Part shown: piece after piece, positions 18,942 through 30,088 of the stretch
Position numbering within the stretch: position 1 is the first letter of the stretch
Layout: the number at the start of each line of letters is the position of its first letter
Assembly (NCBI GenBank): GCA_963825525.1
Contig: CAWGTN010000002.1
Location: 224,001-288,000 of the forward strand
DNA length: 64,000 nt
Reading direction: 5' to 3'
Source of the DNA: an uncultured Chloroflexia bacterium
GTDB lineage: Bacteria; Chloroflexota; Limnocylindria; QHBO01
The notes under the pieces: model-generated
What the model saw: only the letters and a program-made list of their open reading frames with translations
What the model was told of the DNA's origin: nothing
Database searches by the model: none
Position numbers and translations under genes: made by a program

Positions 18942-21900
18942 GCCGTCTCAAGGAGCTCCGTCTTCACGGGTTCAAGTCGTTTGCCGATCCGACACGCTTC
19001 GTGTTCGAACCGGGCGTCAACGCCGTCATCGGCCCCAATGGCTCCGGCAAGAGCAACATGGCCGACGCCGTGCGCTGGGTGCTCGGCGAGCAGTCGAACC
19101 GTTCCCTGCGCACGCGCCGAGCGGACGATGTCATCTTCGGCGGGTCGGAGCAGCGCAAGCCCCAGGGCATGGCCGAGGCCATCCTGACCCTCGACAACGC
19201 CGATGGATGGCTGCCGATCGAATTCGCCGAGGTCTCCATCGGCAGGCGCGCGTATCGATCCGGGGAGAGCGAGTACCTGATCAATGGCGCTCGCGCTCGC
19301 CTGCGTGACGTGGTGGACCTGCTCGGTGAGGGACAGCTCGGTGCGAACGAGCTCGTCGTCGTGGGCCAGGGCACCGTCGACGCCGCGCTCTCGCTTCGTC
19401 CCGAGGAGCGGCGCCAGCTCTTCGAGGAGGCGGCCGGCGTCAAGGGGCTCCAGGTGAAGCGCAACGAAGCATCAGCGCGCCTTGCCCGCGCCCTCGACAA
19501 CCTCACGCGCGTCAGCGACCTGGTCGGGGAGCTCAAGCCCCAGGTGAGGCGGCTCGCACTCCAGGCGGAACATCAGCAACAGCACGACACCCTCGGATCA
19601 CGCGCGCGGGCCTTGATCGGCACATCGATCCGGCGCCGCGAGCTGGCGGCGCGTTCCGAGCTGAGCGAGGCACGACGGCGGGCGGCGGCGGCCGAATCGG
19701 CCCTGGCGAGCTATCGGGACGCGCAGAAGGCCGGGCGCGAGGCGGTCCGGGTCGCCGAGGAACGCTACTGGGCCACAGAACAGGCGGCGAGGGATGCGGC
19801 CGCCGATCGTCAGGCCGCCCACGAGGCGCTCATCCGGCTCGAGGCCCGCGTGGAGGCGCTCTCAGTCCGCCTGAGCGAGATGCAGGTCGCCGTCGAGCGC
19901 GAGGAGCACGAGCTCGGCACGGCCGAGGACGCCCTGGCGAATCTGGACGTCCGTGGGCCGGGCGCCGAGGTCGCACCCGCCATCGCGGCGGCGGCGGCGG
20001 CAGAGTCGGAATGGCGAAGCGCGGTGACCGAGCTGGCGGCGGCCGACGACCTCCTCGTCGCTGCCGAACAGGCCGTATCCGAGCTCAGGGCCCGGCACAG
20101 TGACGCGATCGCAGCACGTGCCCGCGCCGTCGAGGAGGCAACCCAGATCAGCGCGCGCCTCGAGCACCTCGCCCGCGAGCGCGATGCGGCAGCGGCATCC
20201 CTTGGCGATAGCCGGCGACGCGCCAGCCGATGCCGCGGGCGCGCTGGACGAAGCGTCCGCCGCCTCGGTCTCGGCTGCGGAGGCGCTCGAGCGAGCGGCT
20301 GCCGCCCGCGACGCCGCGCAGGAGGAGGCCGATGCCACTCGACGGTCCGTCATCGAGCTCACCGAGCGACTCCAGGCGCTCCGCGCGGAGCTCGGTGCGC
20401 TCGCCCAGCCTCACGACGCGGCCACGCGTCTCGGGCGGCGCCTCGCCGCCGCCGGGTGGCCGACGCTGCTCGACGCGGTCTCGGCGCCGGAGGACTCGTG
20501 GCCGGCCATCGAGGCAGTGGTCGGTGGCGAGCTCGAGAGCGCGCTGCTGTGGTCCGACCGCGATCCGACCGCCGAGATCGTGGGCGCGAAGGGTGCGGCA
20601 CGCATCCTCGCTCCGTCCGAGCCGGTGGACGCCGAGGCGCGGGAAGCGGCGTGTGCGGCGGTGGGTGCGACCCGCACCGTCGCGGACTGGATCGGCATGG
20701 CCGCAGGTCCCAGGGCCTTCACACGAACCGTCGTTGCGCCGAACCTCGATAGCGCTGCTGGCAGGGTGGAGCAATCTCCCGTCGGGGTGGGCAGCGGTGA
20801 CGGCCGGCGGCGACCTCGGGGACGCCCGCGGCGTGATCCTCCGCGGCCAGGCCGACCCACCGGGCGGAGCGGCGGCGAGAGCGCATGTCCGTCGTCGTGA
20901 GCTTGGCAACGCGGTGCAGGAGCTCGAGGCCGAGTTCCATGAAGCACAGCGGAGCGCGCACGATGCGGCCGAGGCACTCCGCCTTCGACGGGGCGAGCAC
21001 CTCGAGGCGCGGGAGCGCCAAGACCAGGCGGAGCAGGCGGCACGGGTCGCGCGTGAAACGGCGGCGGCGTCCGCCGCCGAGCTCGACCGCGACGAGCAGC
21101 GTGCCACGCGACTGGCGGAGGCATTCAGAGCTGCGGAAGGCGATGCGGCCTCGCGCTCCGACGACCCGGCTGCCGAGACGGATGTCGATCAGCTTGTCGA
21201 GCGACAGGCGCATGCGGACGAAACTCGTGCACGGCGTGACGCGCTCGCCGCGCGACGGGACGCGGCACGGGAGAAGTGGACCGGGACTCGCCGCGCCGCG
21301 GAAGAGATCGAGACGCGAACGGCCGGCATGCGCAGCGAACGCGCGAATCTCGAGGCACGAGTGGCGCAGCTTCGTGGCGGCCTGCCTGCCCGACGCTCGG
21401 CGCTCGAGACGCTGCGGCTGGAGCTCGATGAGGCATCGGGTCCGCTCGAGGCCGCGCGGACCAGGCAGGCGACAGTGGACGGCGCGCATGCCCAGGCCGA
21501 GGAGGCTCGACATGCGGCGCGAGCGCAGCTCGTCGCGCTCGAGAGCGAGCAGGGAGATGCCGGCGAGGAGCTCGCGTCGCTCGAGAGCGCGATGCAGGCT
21601 GCGGCCATCGAGGAGTCTCGGCGTGACGAGGCCCTTGCGGGGCTGCTTCGGGAGCGCGAGATCGCCCTCGAGGGCCTTCCCGAGGTCGAGGCGGGGGAGG
21701 CTCCGCAGGATCCGCCGGGGCCGGATATCGAGGCGCTGGACGATGCCGAGCTGGAGACGGAGCTGCGGCGGGTTCGCCGCACCCTCGGGCAGATCGGCTC
21801 CGTGAATCCGTTCGCCGTCGAGGAGCATCGTGAGCTGGCGGCCCGCCTGGACGAGATGAGTGCCCAGGATGGCGACCTGCGCGGTGCAATCACCTCCACC

Positions 21901-22413
21901 GAGGAGCTCATCACCACGCTCGACGCGGAGATCGCCGCCCAGTTCAACACCGCGTTCGCCGCGATCGGCGCCCGCTTCGACGAGTACTGCCAGCTGCTGT
22001 TCGCCGGCGGCTCGGGATCGCTGCAGATGGGTGACGAGTCAGACGGCGACGCTCCCGGCGGGATCGAGATCGTGGTGCGGCCTCCCGGAAAGCGCCTGCA
22101 ACGCCTGGCGATGCTCTCCGGCGGCGAGCGTGCGCTCACCGGCGTTGCCCTGCTCTTCGCCATGCTCACCGTCAACCCGGTGCCGTTCTGCATCCTGGAC
22201 GAGGTTGACGCCGCGCTTGACGAGGCCAATATCGGACGCTTCGCGCAGGCGCTCCGCAAGCTCTCCGAGGCCATCGACTTCGTCGTGATCACCCACAACC
22301 GCGCAACAATCGAAGTCGCCGATACGATCTACGGCGTGACCATGACCGATGCGGCCGTCAGCCGCGTGCTGTCGCTCCGCCTCGCCGACGTCCCCGTCGA
22401 GGTCGAAGCCTGA
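18938..22413 (+). CDS. smc: Chromosome segregation protein SMC (two apparent +1 frameshifts near 20205 and 20750)
   Basis: N-terminal GFKSF and GPNGSGKSN; coiled coils; C-terminal LSGGE, LDEVDAALD and ITH. Coding potential hops across ORFs 18719, 20100 and 20230. Confidence 0.93.
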
Positions 22414-23429
22414 TGTTCTGGCGTCGCCGGGACGGCGGTCCGGAGGAGCTTCCGGCCGAGCCCGAGACCGATCCCGACGTCCAGCTCGAGCCGGCTCCCG
22501 CCACGACCGTGGCCCGTCCCCGACGAGAGCCGAGCGGCATGGGACTGCGGGCACGGCCGTCCGGCATCGGTGCCCGCCTGCGCGCGGCGTTCGGCACGAG
22601 CCAGGCGGCAACCGAATCCACGTGGGACGACGTCGAGGAGGCGCTCATTGCCGCTGACGTGGGAGCTCCCGTCACCATGGAGCTGGTCGACGCGGCCCGC
22701 GTCCGCTTCCGTGCCGAGGGCGGGCGCAGTGGGGAGGACGCCCGACGTGCGCTGGCCACCGAGATCCGCGATCGATTGGCACGGGTCGGCTCCGGCACGT
22801 TCGAACTCGGTGAACCGCCCGCGGTGATCCTGTTCGTCGGGGTGAACGGAACGGGAAAGACCACCACGATCGCCAAGCTGGCCGCGAGGCTCGGCGCCGA
22901 GGGTCGCTCCGTCGTGCTGGCTGCGGCGGACACGTTCCGGGCGGCGGCCATCGAGCAGCTCCGTGTGTGGGGCGACCAGCTGGCGGTCCCGGTCGTGGCC
23001 CAGCGAACGGGGGCGGATCCGGGTGCTGTGGCGTTCGACGCGGTCGTGGCTGCCGAGTCACGCGGGCTGGATGCCGTCCTTGTCGATACCGCGGGCCGCC
23101 TCCAGAACAAGCAGCAGCTCATGGACGAGCTGGCGAAGATCAAGCGCGTGATCGAGCGCCGGATGCCGGGTCAGCCCAGGCACGTTCTGCTGGTCCTTGA
23201 TGCGACCACCGGACAGAACGGCCTCCTTCAGGCCGAGGGCTTCAGCCGTGACGCCGGCGTCACCGGGATCGTGCTGACGAAGCTGGACGGCACGGCCAAG
23301 GGAGGAGTCGCCCTGGCGGTGGCGGAACGCCTGGGAGTGCCGATCCTGTTCGCCGGCGTCGGGGAAGAGATTGATGCACTGGCTCCGTTCGACCCGGAGG
23401 CATTCGTGGAGTGGCTGTTCGCCGACTGA
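22413..23429 (+). CDS. ftsY: SRP receptor FtsY
   Basis: GVNGTGKTTT, DTFRAAA, DTAGR, TKLDGTAKGG. Confidence 0.97.
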   Translation: MFWRRRDGGPEELPAEPETDPDVQLEPAPATTVARPRREPSGMGLRARPSGIGARLRAAFGTSQAATESTWDDVEEALIAADVGAPVTMELVDAARVRFRAEGGRSGEDARRALATEIRDRLARVGSGTFELGEPPAVILFVGVNGTGKTTTIAKLAARLGAEGRSVVLAAADTFRAAAIEQLRVWGDQLAVPVVAQRTGADPGAVAFDAVVAAESRGLDAVLVDTAGRLQNKQQLMDELAKIKRVIERRMPGQPRHVLLVLDATTGQNGLLQAEGFSRDAGVTGIVLTKLDGTAKGGVALAVAERLGVPILFAGVGEEIDALAPFDPEAFVEWLFAD

Positions 23430-23523
23430 ACCCTTCGTTGCCGCCACGCTCGACGCCCCGTAGAATGGGCAGCCGCTTGCCGGCCGATCGTCGCCGGCAC
23501 TGATCTTCCGCACCGGATCGTTC

Positions 23524-24861
23524 ATGTTCGAGTCTCTCTCCACGCGCCTGCAGGGCATCACGGAGCGCCTGCGCGGCAAGGCCCGCATCACCGAGGCCGA
23601 CCTCGACGTCGCCCTCCGCGAGATTCGCCTTGCCCTGCTCGAGGCCGATGTCAACTTCCGCGTCGTCAAGGATTTCGTCGCGCGGCTTCGGGAGCGCGCC
23701 CTGGGGAGCGACGTGCTCACCGGCCTGAACCCCGGTCAGCAGATCGTGAAGCTCGTCCACGAGGAGCTGGTCGATGTGCTCGGCGGTACCCGTCATCACC
23801 TCGACCTGGATGCGCGGCCCGCCGTCCTGATGATGGTCGGCCTGCAGGGCTCGGGAAAGACGACGACTGCCGCCAAGCTCGCCGTCCGCCTCCGCAAGGA
23901 GGGCAAGAAGCCGCTGCTGGTGGCCGCGGACGTCTACCGGCCCGCCGCCGTCGATCAGCTCGTCCAGCTGGGCGACCAGATCGGCGTCGAGGTCCATACC
24001 CGACCGGTCGGGACTCCGGCGCTCGAGGTCGCACGCTCCGGCCTCGACGTTGCGCGCCAGCGCGGCCTCGACGTCATGATCCTGGACACGGCCGGACGGC
24101 TCCACGTCGACGAGGCGATGATGGACGAGCTCGTGCGGATCGTCGGCAGCGTCACTCCGTCGGAGACACTCCTCGTGGTGGATGCGATGACCGGCCAGGA
24201 GGCGGCGCGGGTGGCGGAGGCGTTCCACGCCAAACTGCCGATCACCGGATTGGTCCTCACCAAGATGGACGGTGATGCGCGCGGTGGTGCCGCGCTCAGC
24301 ATCCGCGCCGTCACCGGGCTCCCGGTGTCGTTCCTCGGAACGGGGGAGCGGACCGATGGGCTCGAGCCCTTCCATCCGGATCGACTGGCGCAGCGCATCC
24401 TCGGCATGGGCGACATCCTGAGCTTCGTCGAGCGGGTGCAGGAGAACGTCGACCAGGAGGAAGCGGAGCAGGCCGCCAAGCGGATGATGGAAAACCGCTT
24501 CACGCTCGAGGACTTCCGGGGGCAGCTCAACCAGATCAAGAAGATGGGCCCGATCGGCCAGCTGTTGCAGATGGTTCCCGGCGCGGGCCAGATTGCCGGC
24601 GCCGCCCAGGAAGCCGTCGATTCCGGCCAGATGAAGCGCATCGAGGCGATCATCGACTCCATGACGCCCGAGGAACGGCGACGCCCGGAGCTCATCAAGG
24701 CGAGCAGGAGACGGCGCATCGCGACGGGCAGTGGAACGAACACCGCGGAGGTGAATCGGCTCCTGAAACAGTTCGTCGAGATGCAGAAGATGATGAAGAT
24801 GTTCGCGGGGGGCAAACTGCCTCGCGCCGGCGGGGGCCTCGGCGCCCTGCTCGGCCGCTGA
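23524..24861 (+). CDS. ffh: Signal recognition particle protein
   Basis: GLQGSGKTT, DTAGR, TKMDGDARGG, M domain SMTPEERR; TAGAAT -10 at 23461. Confidence 0.97.
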   Translation: MFESLSTRLQGITERLRGKARITEADLDVALREIRLALLEADVNFRVVKDFVARLRERALGSDVLTGLNPGQQIVKLVHEELVDVLGGTRHHLDLDARPAVLMMVGLQGSGKTTTAAKLAVRLRKEGKKPLLVAADVYRPAAVDQLVQLGDQIGVEVHTRPVGTPALEVARSGLDVARQRGLDVMILDTAGRLHVDEAMMDELVRIVGSVTPSETLLVVDAMTGQEAARVAEAFHAKLPITGLVLTKMDGDARGGAALSIRAVTGLPVSFLGTGERTDGLEPFHPDRLAQRILGMGDILSFVERVQENVDQEEAEQAAKRMMENRFTLEDFRGQLNQIKKMGPIGQLLQMVPGAGQIAGAAQEAVDSGQMKRIEAIIDSMTPEERRRPELIKASRRRRIATGSGTNTAEVNRLLKQFVEMQKMMKMFAGGKLPRAGGGLGALLGR

Positions 24862-24872
24862 GCGACTGAACC

Positions 24873-26423
24873 ATGCATCGTCTCGTCATCGCAACCGTCA
24901 CCCTGGTCGGTCTGGCCGGCGCCGCGTTCGTGGCCGGATACCTCCTGTTCTTCTCGACCGCCACCGACCGAGCGTCTGCCCTGGCGCCGGCTGACACCGC
25001 CCTGTACGTGAACGTGTACCTGCAGCCATCCGCCGGTCAACAGATGAACCTGGGAAGCCTCATCGGCCGGTTCCCGGGCTTTGCGGACGAGGCATCCCTG
25101 GACGACAAGGTCGACCAGGTGGTGAGCAACCTGGTTGGCGCCGCCGGCGTCGAGCTCGACTACCGGACGCAGGTGAAGCCATGGCTCGGCAGCCAGCTGT
25201 CGGTCGCCACGTGGATGTCCGATGGTGGCCCGATCGTCGTGGTGCTGGTCGACGTCAAGGATGCCGAGCTCGCGCTGGCGTCGATGTCGGAGCTTGCCGG
25301 GAATGAGACAACGATCGCCAGCTATTCGGGCGTCGACATCCAGGTCGGCGATGACCAGGCCTATGCCATCGTCGACGGCATGCTCGTCCTCGCCGATAGC
25401 GCCGAGCCGATCGAGGCGGTGGTCGATGTCCGGGACGGAGCCGACGCGCTCGCGAGTCGTGACGACTTCCGCGCCACCATGCGCGACCTGCCGGCCGACC
25501 ATCTCGCCAGCGGGTTCGTCGACGTGGCGGCGTTGAGCGAAACGACCGCCGTCGGCGAGCAGCTCTCACCGTTCAGCACCGCCGGCGCCGCGCTCGTGGC
25601 CGAGCCCGATGGTCTCAGGCTGAGTGGCCGCGCACCGTTCGACGCCGTGTCGGCAACCTCGTCGGCAACCGCCGGCTTCGGACTGGGTGGCGAGCCGTCG
25701 AGCCTCGTCGACTGGATGCCGCCGGACACCATCGCCGAGGCCGTCGTATTCGGCGTGAGGCGGACGCTCGAGGACGCCGAGGAGGCAGCCGGCGCGATGC
25801 CGGAGGGTCAGGAGATCGTGGGTGCGCTGGACACGTTCCGGGCACTTGCGGCATTCGGACTCGGCGTCGACCTCGACGAAGATCTCCTCCCACTGCTGGA
25901 TCGCGAGGTGGGCGTCGCGTTCTCCGGGATGGACGGGGACCTCCCTCGCGGACAGCTGCTGCTGCGCCCGGAGGATCCCGAGGCGGGAATTGCGGCCCTT
26001 GACCGTATCGTCTCGGGCCTGGGCGCGATCGGTGCGACGTCGAGCACTGAGACCCACGAGGGCGATGAGATCACCGCGGTCTCCATCCCGGACACCATCG
26101 ACCTGGCCTACGCGACCCGCGACGGCATCATCATCATCGGGACCGGCGTGGAGGACGTGGTGGCGTCGCTGGATGCCCACGCATCGGGAAACGCCCTCGC
26201 CACCGGTGCCAGGTACGAGCGGACGTTCGACATCGCGGGCGAACGCGCCGGCAACGAGGTGTTCGTGGATATCGCGGCCGCGGCGTCCCTGGCCGGCGAT
26301 GCGCTTTCGCTTCCAGCCGACGCGCGCGATATCCTGTCACGTATCGGGACGTTCGGGTTCACGGCCCCATCTCATGCCGATCAGATCGAATTCCACGCGG
26401 TTCTCACGGTCGACGAGCCGTAG
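24873..26423 (+). CDS. Membrane-anchored secreted protein (DUF3352-like)
   Basis: N-terminal transmembrane helix; A.LAPADT..Y, PWLG, LLPLLDREV and a duplicated alpha/beta architecture. Family assignment is by resemblance only. Confidence 0.6.
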   Translation: MHRLVIATVTLVGLAGAAFVAGYLLFFSTATDRASALAPADTALYVNVYLQPSAGQQMNLGSLIGRFPGFADEASLDDKVDQVVSNLVGAAGVELDYRTQVKPWLGSQLSVATWMSDGGPIVVVLVDVKDAELALASMSELAGNETTIASYSGVDIQVGDDQAYAIVDGMLVLADSAEPIEAVVDVRDGADALASRDDFRATMRDLPADHLASGFVDVAALSETTAVGEQLSPFSTAGAALVAEPDGLRLSGRAPFDAVSATSSATAGFGLGGEPSSLVDWMPPDTIAEAVVFGVRRTLEDAEEAAGAMPEGQEIVGALDTFRALAAFGLGVDLDEDLLPLLDREVGVAFSGMDGDLPRGQLLLRPEDPEAGIAALDRIVSGLGAIGATSSTETHEGDEITAVSIPDTIDLAYATRDGIIIIGTGVEDVVASLDAHASGNALATGARYERTFDIAGERAGNEVFVDIAAAASLAGDALSLPADARDILSRIGTFGFTAPSHADQIEFHAVLTVDEP

Positions 26424-26466
26424 AACCGATTCAATCACGACCAACCCACACTGAGGTATCGACCAC

Positions 26467-27003
26467 TTGGCAGTTCGCATTCGATTGACCCGTGTCGGCG
26501 CAACCAAGCGTCCGGCCTACCGGGTGATCGCCATCGACAAGCGACGCTCACGCGACGGGCGCGCACTCGAGATCCTGGGTTTCTACGATCCGCTCACCGA
26601 ACCCGCAACGGTCCACCTCGAGACCGCGCGGATCAACGACTGGATCGGCCGGGGAGCGCAGCCGTCCGAGACGGTCGCGAAGCTCATCCGCCAGGCGGAG
26701 AAGGCAGCGCAGGAACCGACAACCGAGAAGCCGAAGCGAGCCACGCGGGCGTCGAAGCCCAAGCTGAGCGCGAAGGCGAAGGCCAAGGCGGCGGCAGGCG
26801 CGGCAGGCGGCGAGACCGCAGCGGCGCCCGAGGCGGAAGCTGTCACCACCGATGCACCGGAGACCGTCACATCGGACGAGGCGGAAGCCGTCACGGCCGA
26901 CGAGGCGACACCCGATGCGGAGCCGGCGGCCGCTGACGCGACCCCTGAGGCCGAGGCGACAGATGAGGCCAGCGAGCCCGATGGCGACAAGGCCGAAGCA
27001 TGA
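26467..27003 (+). CDS. rpsP: 30S ribosomal protein S16 with long Lys/Ala then Glu/Ala/Asp C-terminal tail
   Basis: AVRIRLTR.G...P.YR...RDG...GFYDP...GAQPSETV; TTG start with GAGGT SD. Confidence 0.96.
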   Translation: MAVRIRLTRVGATKRPAYRVIAIDKRRSRDGRALEILGFYDPLTEPATVHLETARINDWIGRGAQPSETVAKLIRQAEKAAQEPTTEKPKRATRASKPKLSAKAKAKAAAGAAGGETAAAPEAEAVTTDAPETVTSDEAEAVTADEATPDAEPAAADATPEAEATDEASEPDGDKAEA

Positions 27004-27239
27004 AGACCTTCCTCGAATATGTTGCCCGCGGCCTGGTCGACAAGCCCGATGCGGTCTGGGTCGAAGTCGACGAGCAGGCCGATGAGACGGTCCTCACGCT
27101 CGGCGTCGACCAGGAGGATATGGGTCGCGTCATCGGCCGCGATGGACGGATCGCCAACGCCATTCGGAGCCTCCTGAAGGTCATGGCCACCAAGGACGGG
27201 CGCCACGTCGAACTCGAGATCGTCTCCGACGCCGACTGA
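27000..27239 (+). CDS. khpA: KH-domain RNA-binding protein (KhpA/YlqC)
   Basis: LVDKPD.V, DMGRVIGRDGR..AIR. Confidence 0.92.
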   Translation: MKTFLEYVARGLVDKPDAVWVEVDEQADETVLTLGVDQEDMGRVIGRDGRIANAIRSLLKVMATKDGRHVELEIVSDAD

Positions 27240-27729
27240 TCGGCGGCTCGCCGTCGCCCGGATTCTCGGCGCCAAGGGACTTGCGGGCGCGGTGCGCGTC
27301 GAGGTCCTCACGGACTGGCCAGAACGACTCGCCGCCGGAGTTGACGTGTGGCCGGAGGGCGACGCCTCCGCGCTGCGGATCTCGCGCGTCGAGGCGGGTG
27401 GCCGTGGAACCGTGCTCCACTTCGACGGGATCGATACGCGGAGTGCGGCCGAAGCGCTCGCCGGTCGCTACCTGGAAGCGGAGCCGCACGAGCTTCCCGA
27501 TGGTGCCTACTACTGGAGTGATCTCGTTGGCCTCAGGGTGGAGGAGCCGGATGGCACTCAGGTCGGCCGGCTGGCCGAGATCTTCCGATCCGGCGGCAAC
27601 GAGGTCTACAGGATCGAGGGAGCCGACGGCGAGCGCCTGATTCCCGCGCTGCGCTCAGTGGTCCTGCGCATCGACCTTGCCGCCGGCCTGATGGTCGTTG
27701 CGCCGGACGACGCCGAGGAGATCGGCTGA
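27229..27729 (+). CDS. rimM: 16S rRNA processing protein RimM (start probably ACG 27229; first canonical start GTG 27292)
   Basis: RLAVARILGAKGL.G.VRV, YYWSDLVGL, GNEVY, LIP; lies between khpA and trmD. Confidence 0.92.
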   Translation, partial: TPTDRRLAVARILGAKGLAGAVRVEVLTDWPERLAAGVDVWPEGDASALRISRVEAGGRGTVLHFDGIDTRSAAEALAGRYLEAEPHELPDGAYYWSDLVGLRVEEPDGTQVGRLAEIFRSGGNEVYRIEGADGERLIPALRSVVLRIDLAAGLMVVAPDDAEEIG

Positions 27730-27732
27730 ACC

Positions 27733-28467
27733 ATGCGGATCGATGTCATCACGATCTTCCCCGAGCTGGTTGCCGGGCCGCTCGGAACCTCGATCATCGG
27801 CCGCGCCGCCGAGGCGGGGCTGGTGGAGTTCCTGGTCCATGACCTGCGCGAGCACGGCATCGGTCGCCATCGGTCGGTCGACGATTACCCGTACGGCGGC
27901 GGAGCGGGCATGGTGATGCGACCGGAGCCGCTGTTTGCCGCGATCGAGCCACTGCGCGAGGCCGGCGCCGTGATCGTGCTCATGGACCCGGCGGGGGAGC
28001 GGCTCGACGACCGGCTGTCTCGCGAGCTTGCGACGATGCCGCACCTGGCCCTGGTGTGCGGGCGCTACGAAGGGTTCGACGAACGCGTGCGGGACCTCGT
28101 GGACCGCGAGGTCAGCATTGGTGATTACGTGGTGACCGGCGGCGAGCTGCCCGCGCTGGTCGTCATCGACGCCGTCGTGCGGCTGGTGCCGGGTGTGATC
28201 CAGGAGGCGTCGCACCGGGGAGACTCGTTCGCGTCCGGCCTGCTCGAGTACCCGCAGTACACGCGTCCCGAAACGTTTCGGGATCGACCGGTTCCGCCGG
28301 TCCTGCTGTCCGGGCACCACGGCGAGGTTGACCGATGGCGTCGACAGGAGGCGCTGCGACGGACATTCGAGCGGCGCCCGGATCTGCTCGCTTCCCTGGA
28401 CCTCGATGCGGTCGATCGCCAATTCCTCGAAACCCTGGCGGCGGACACCGAGGCGCCGAGGAGCTGA
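27733..28467 (+). CDS. trmD: tRNA (guanine37-N1)-methyltransferase
   Basis: [38 protein letters not shown]. Confidence 0.97.
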   Translation: MRIDVITIFPELVAGPLGTSIIGRAAEAGLVEFLVHDLREHGIGRHRSVDDYPYGGGAGMVMRPEPLFAAIEPLREAGAVIVLMDPAGERLDDRLSRELATMPHLALVCGRYEGFDERVRDLVDREVSIGDYVVTGGELPALVVIDAVVRLVPGVIQEASHRGDSFASGLLEYPQYTRPETFRDRPVPPVLLSGHHGEVDRWRRQEALRRTFERRPDLLASLDLDAVDRQFLETLAADTEAPRS

Positions 28468-28592
28468 TCGTGTTGCCCGCGTCGGAGGGCCGCTGCTATA
28501 CTCGCTGCCATCGCGGCCGCGTACGGCGGTCGCGTTCGTGTGTCACGCCAGTAATCGGCGGGTAAGCCCGCGAGCATGAGGTCTCCCACAGA

Positions 28593-28940
28593 ATGAACGC
28601 CATCAAGGAGCTCGAGCGCGAGCAGCTCCGCACCGACGTACCGGAGATCGCCCCGGGCGATACGGTCCGTGTCGCGGTGAAGGTGGTCGAGGGTACGCGA
28701 GAGCGAATCCAGGTCTTCGAGGGCACGGTCATGCGCATGCGTGGCGGCGGCCTCAATCGAGCCATCACCGTGCGCCGCATCGCCAGCGGCGTCGGCGTCG
28801 AGCGTACCTTCATGGTGCACGCGCCGCGCATCGATCGGATCGAGGTGGTACGTCATGGTGTCGCGCGCCGCGCCCAGCTCTACTTCCTCCGCGATCGGGT
28901 CGGCAAGTCCGCCACGCTCCGCGAGCGCCGCACCAACTGA
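28593..28940 (+). CDS. rplS: 50S ribosomal protein L19
   Basis: PGDTVRV...RERIQVFEG...GVGVERTF...RRA.LYFLR; extended -10 TGCTATACT near 28494. Confidence 0.97.
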   Translation: MNAIKELEREQLRTDVPEIAPGDTVRVAVKVVEGTRERIQVFEGTVMRMRGGGLNRAITVRRIASGVGVERTFMVHAPRIDRIEVVRHGVARRAQLYFLRDRVGKSATLRERRTN

Positions 28941-28944
28941 CCCC

Positions 28945-29676
28945 GTGACCCGTCTCCCATCGAGACCGGTCACTGCCCGCCGACGCCCGCGCCGATCGCG
29001 CATTCGCGACGCACACATGCGCAACGAGCGTGAGCTGCGCCTGGCAGGCTTCGAGCGAATCGCCGGCATCGACGAGGTCGGTCGCGGGTGCCTTGCCGGA
29101 CCGGTGGTGGCCGCCGCCGTCGTCCTCCCCGAGAGGCACCGAATCAAGGGCATTCGCGATTCGAAGGTCCTTCCTCGAGCGAGACGTGAGGCGCTGTATG
29201 AAGAGATCCTCGATCGGGCGATCGGGGTCGGCGTCGGGTGCGTCGAGGTCGAGGTCATCGACCGCATCAACATCCTGCAGGCCACGAAGCTCGCCATGCG
29301 CCAGGCGCTCGATCGGCTTGCCGAACCGCCGGACCATCTCCTGATCGACGCACTGAGCCTTCGCGAGATTGACCTCCCGCAGCGACCCATCATCGATGGC
29401 GATGCGATCAGCGCCTCGATCGCAGCCGCGAGCATCGTGGCCAAGGTGACACGCGACCGCATCTGTGACGAGATCGACCGGCGCTATCCCGCGTACGGGT
29501 TCGCGCGACACAAGGGCTACGGCACTCGGCGTCACGTCGACGCGTTGGTCAGCGAGGGACCCTGCGAGTGGCACCGCCGATCGTTTGCGCCCATCCGGCT
29601 GCTGCTGGCGGGCACGCAGCTCCCGCTCGAGCTCGAATGGGAGATCGTGGACGAGGAGCTGCTCGGCCTGGATTGA
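28945..29676 (+). CDS. rnhB: Ribonuclease HII (alternative start ATG 29017)
   Basis: GIDEVGRG.LAGPV, DSK, IDA, SIAAASIVAKVTRD, HKGYGT, HRRSF. Confidence 0.95.
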   Translation: MTRLPSRPVTARRRPRRSRIRDAHMRNERELRLAGFERIAGIDEVGRGCLAGPVVAAAVVLPERHRIKGIRDSKVLPRARREALYEEILDRAIGVGVGCVEVEVIDRINILQATKLAMRQALDRLAEPPDHLLIDALSLREIDLPQRPIIDGDAISASIAAASIVAKVTRDRICDEIDRRYPAYGFARHKGYGTRRHVDALVSEGPCEWHRRSFAPIRLLLAGTQLPLELEWEIVDEELLGLD

Positions 29677-29718
29677 CGGAGAGCCCGATCATCGCTCGCC
29701 TCCCTGGAGAGCAGGAAC

Positions 29719-30087
29719 ATGTCGGATCGGCGGCACGATCTGGGCCTTGCTGCGGAGGCGGCGGTCCGACGATGGCTGGAGCAGTCCGGCTGGCGGGTCC
29801 TCGCTCAGCGTCGACGATCGGATGCGGGCGGTGAGGTGGATCTCATCGCGACGGACCCGCAGGGAACTCTCGTCGCGCTCGAGGTTCGCGCCCGCCACAG
29901 CGAACGTGCCGGGGCAGGGTGGGAGACCATCGACCGCAGGCGCACTTCACGCCTGGGTCGCACGCTGGCGGCGTTCGCCGCCGAGCGGTTCGCCCATCAC
30001 CGCGCGCTCCGGATCGATCTCGTCCTCGTGACCCGAGATAAAGGCGGCGAATGGTCGGCCCGCCGCATCCCGAATATCGGGGGCTGA
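29719..30087 (+). CDS. yraN: YraN/UPF0102 family nuclease-fold protein
   Basis: G..AE, GEVDLIA, EV-R, RIDLV. Confidence 0.85.
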   Translation: MSDRRHDLGLAAEAAVRRWLEQSGWRVLAQRRRSDAGGEVDLIATDPQGTLVALEVRARHSERAGAGWETIDRRRTSRLGRTLAAFAAERFAHHRALRIDLVLVTRDKGGEWSARRIPNIGG

Positions 30088-30088
30088 C

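Noticed and set aside
18938-22413. smc, ileS and priA as genuine pseudogenes
   Set aside because: Catalytic motifs are intact, only single +1 shifts occur and no nonsense decay was seen; sequencing error is more parsimonious.
23430-23523. SRP RNA or small ORF between ftsY and ffh
   Set aside because: No SRP domain IV motif seen. The ATG lies inside the -10 box, so the region is most simply a promoter with a short leader.
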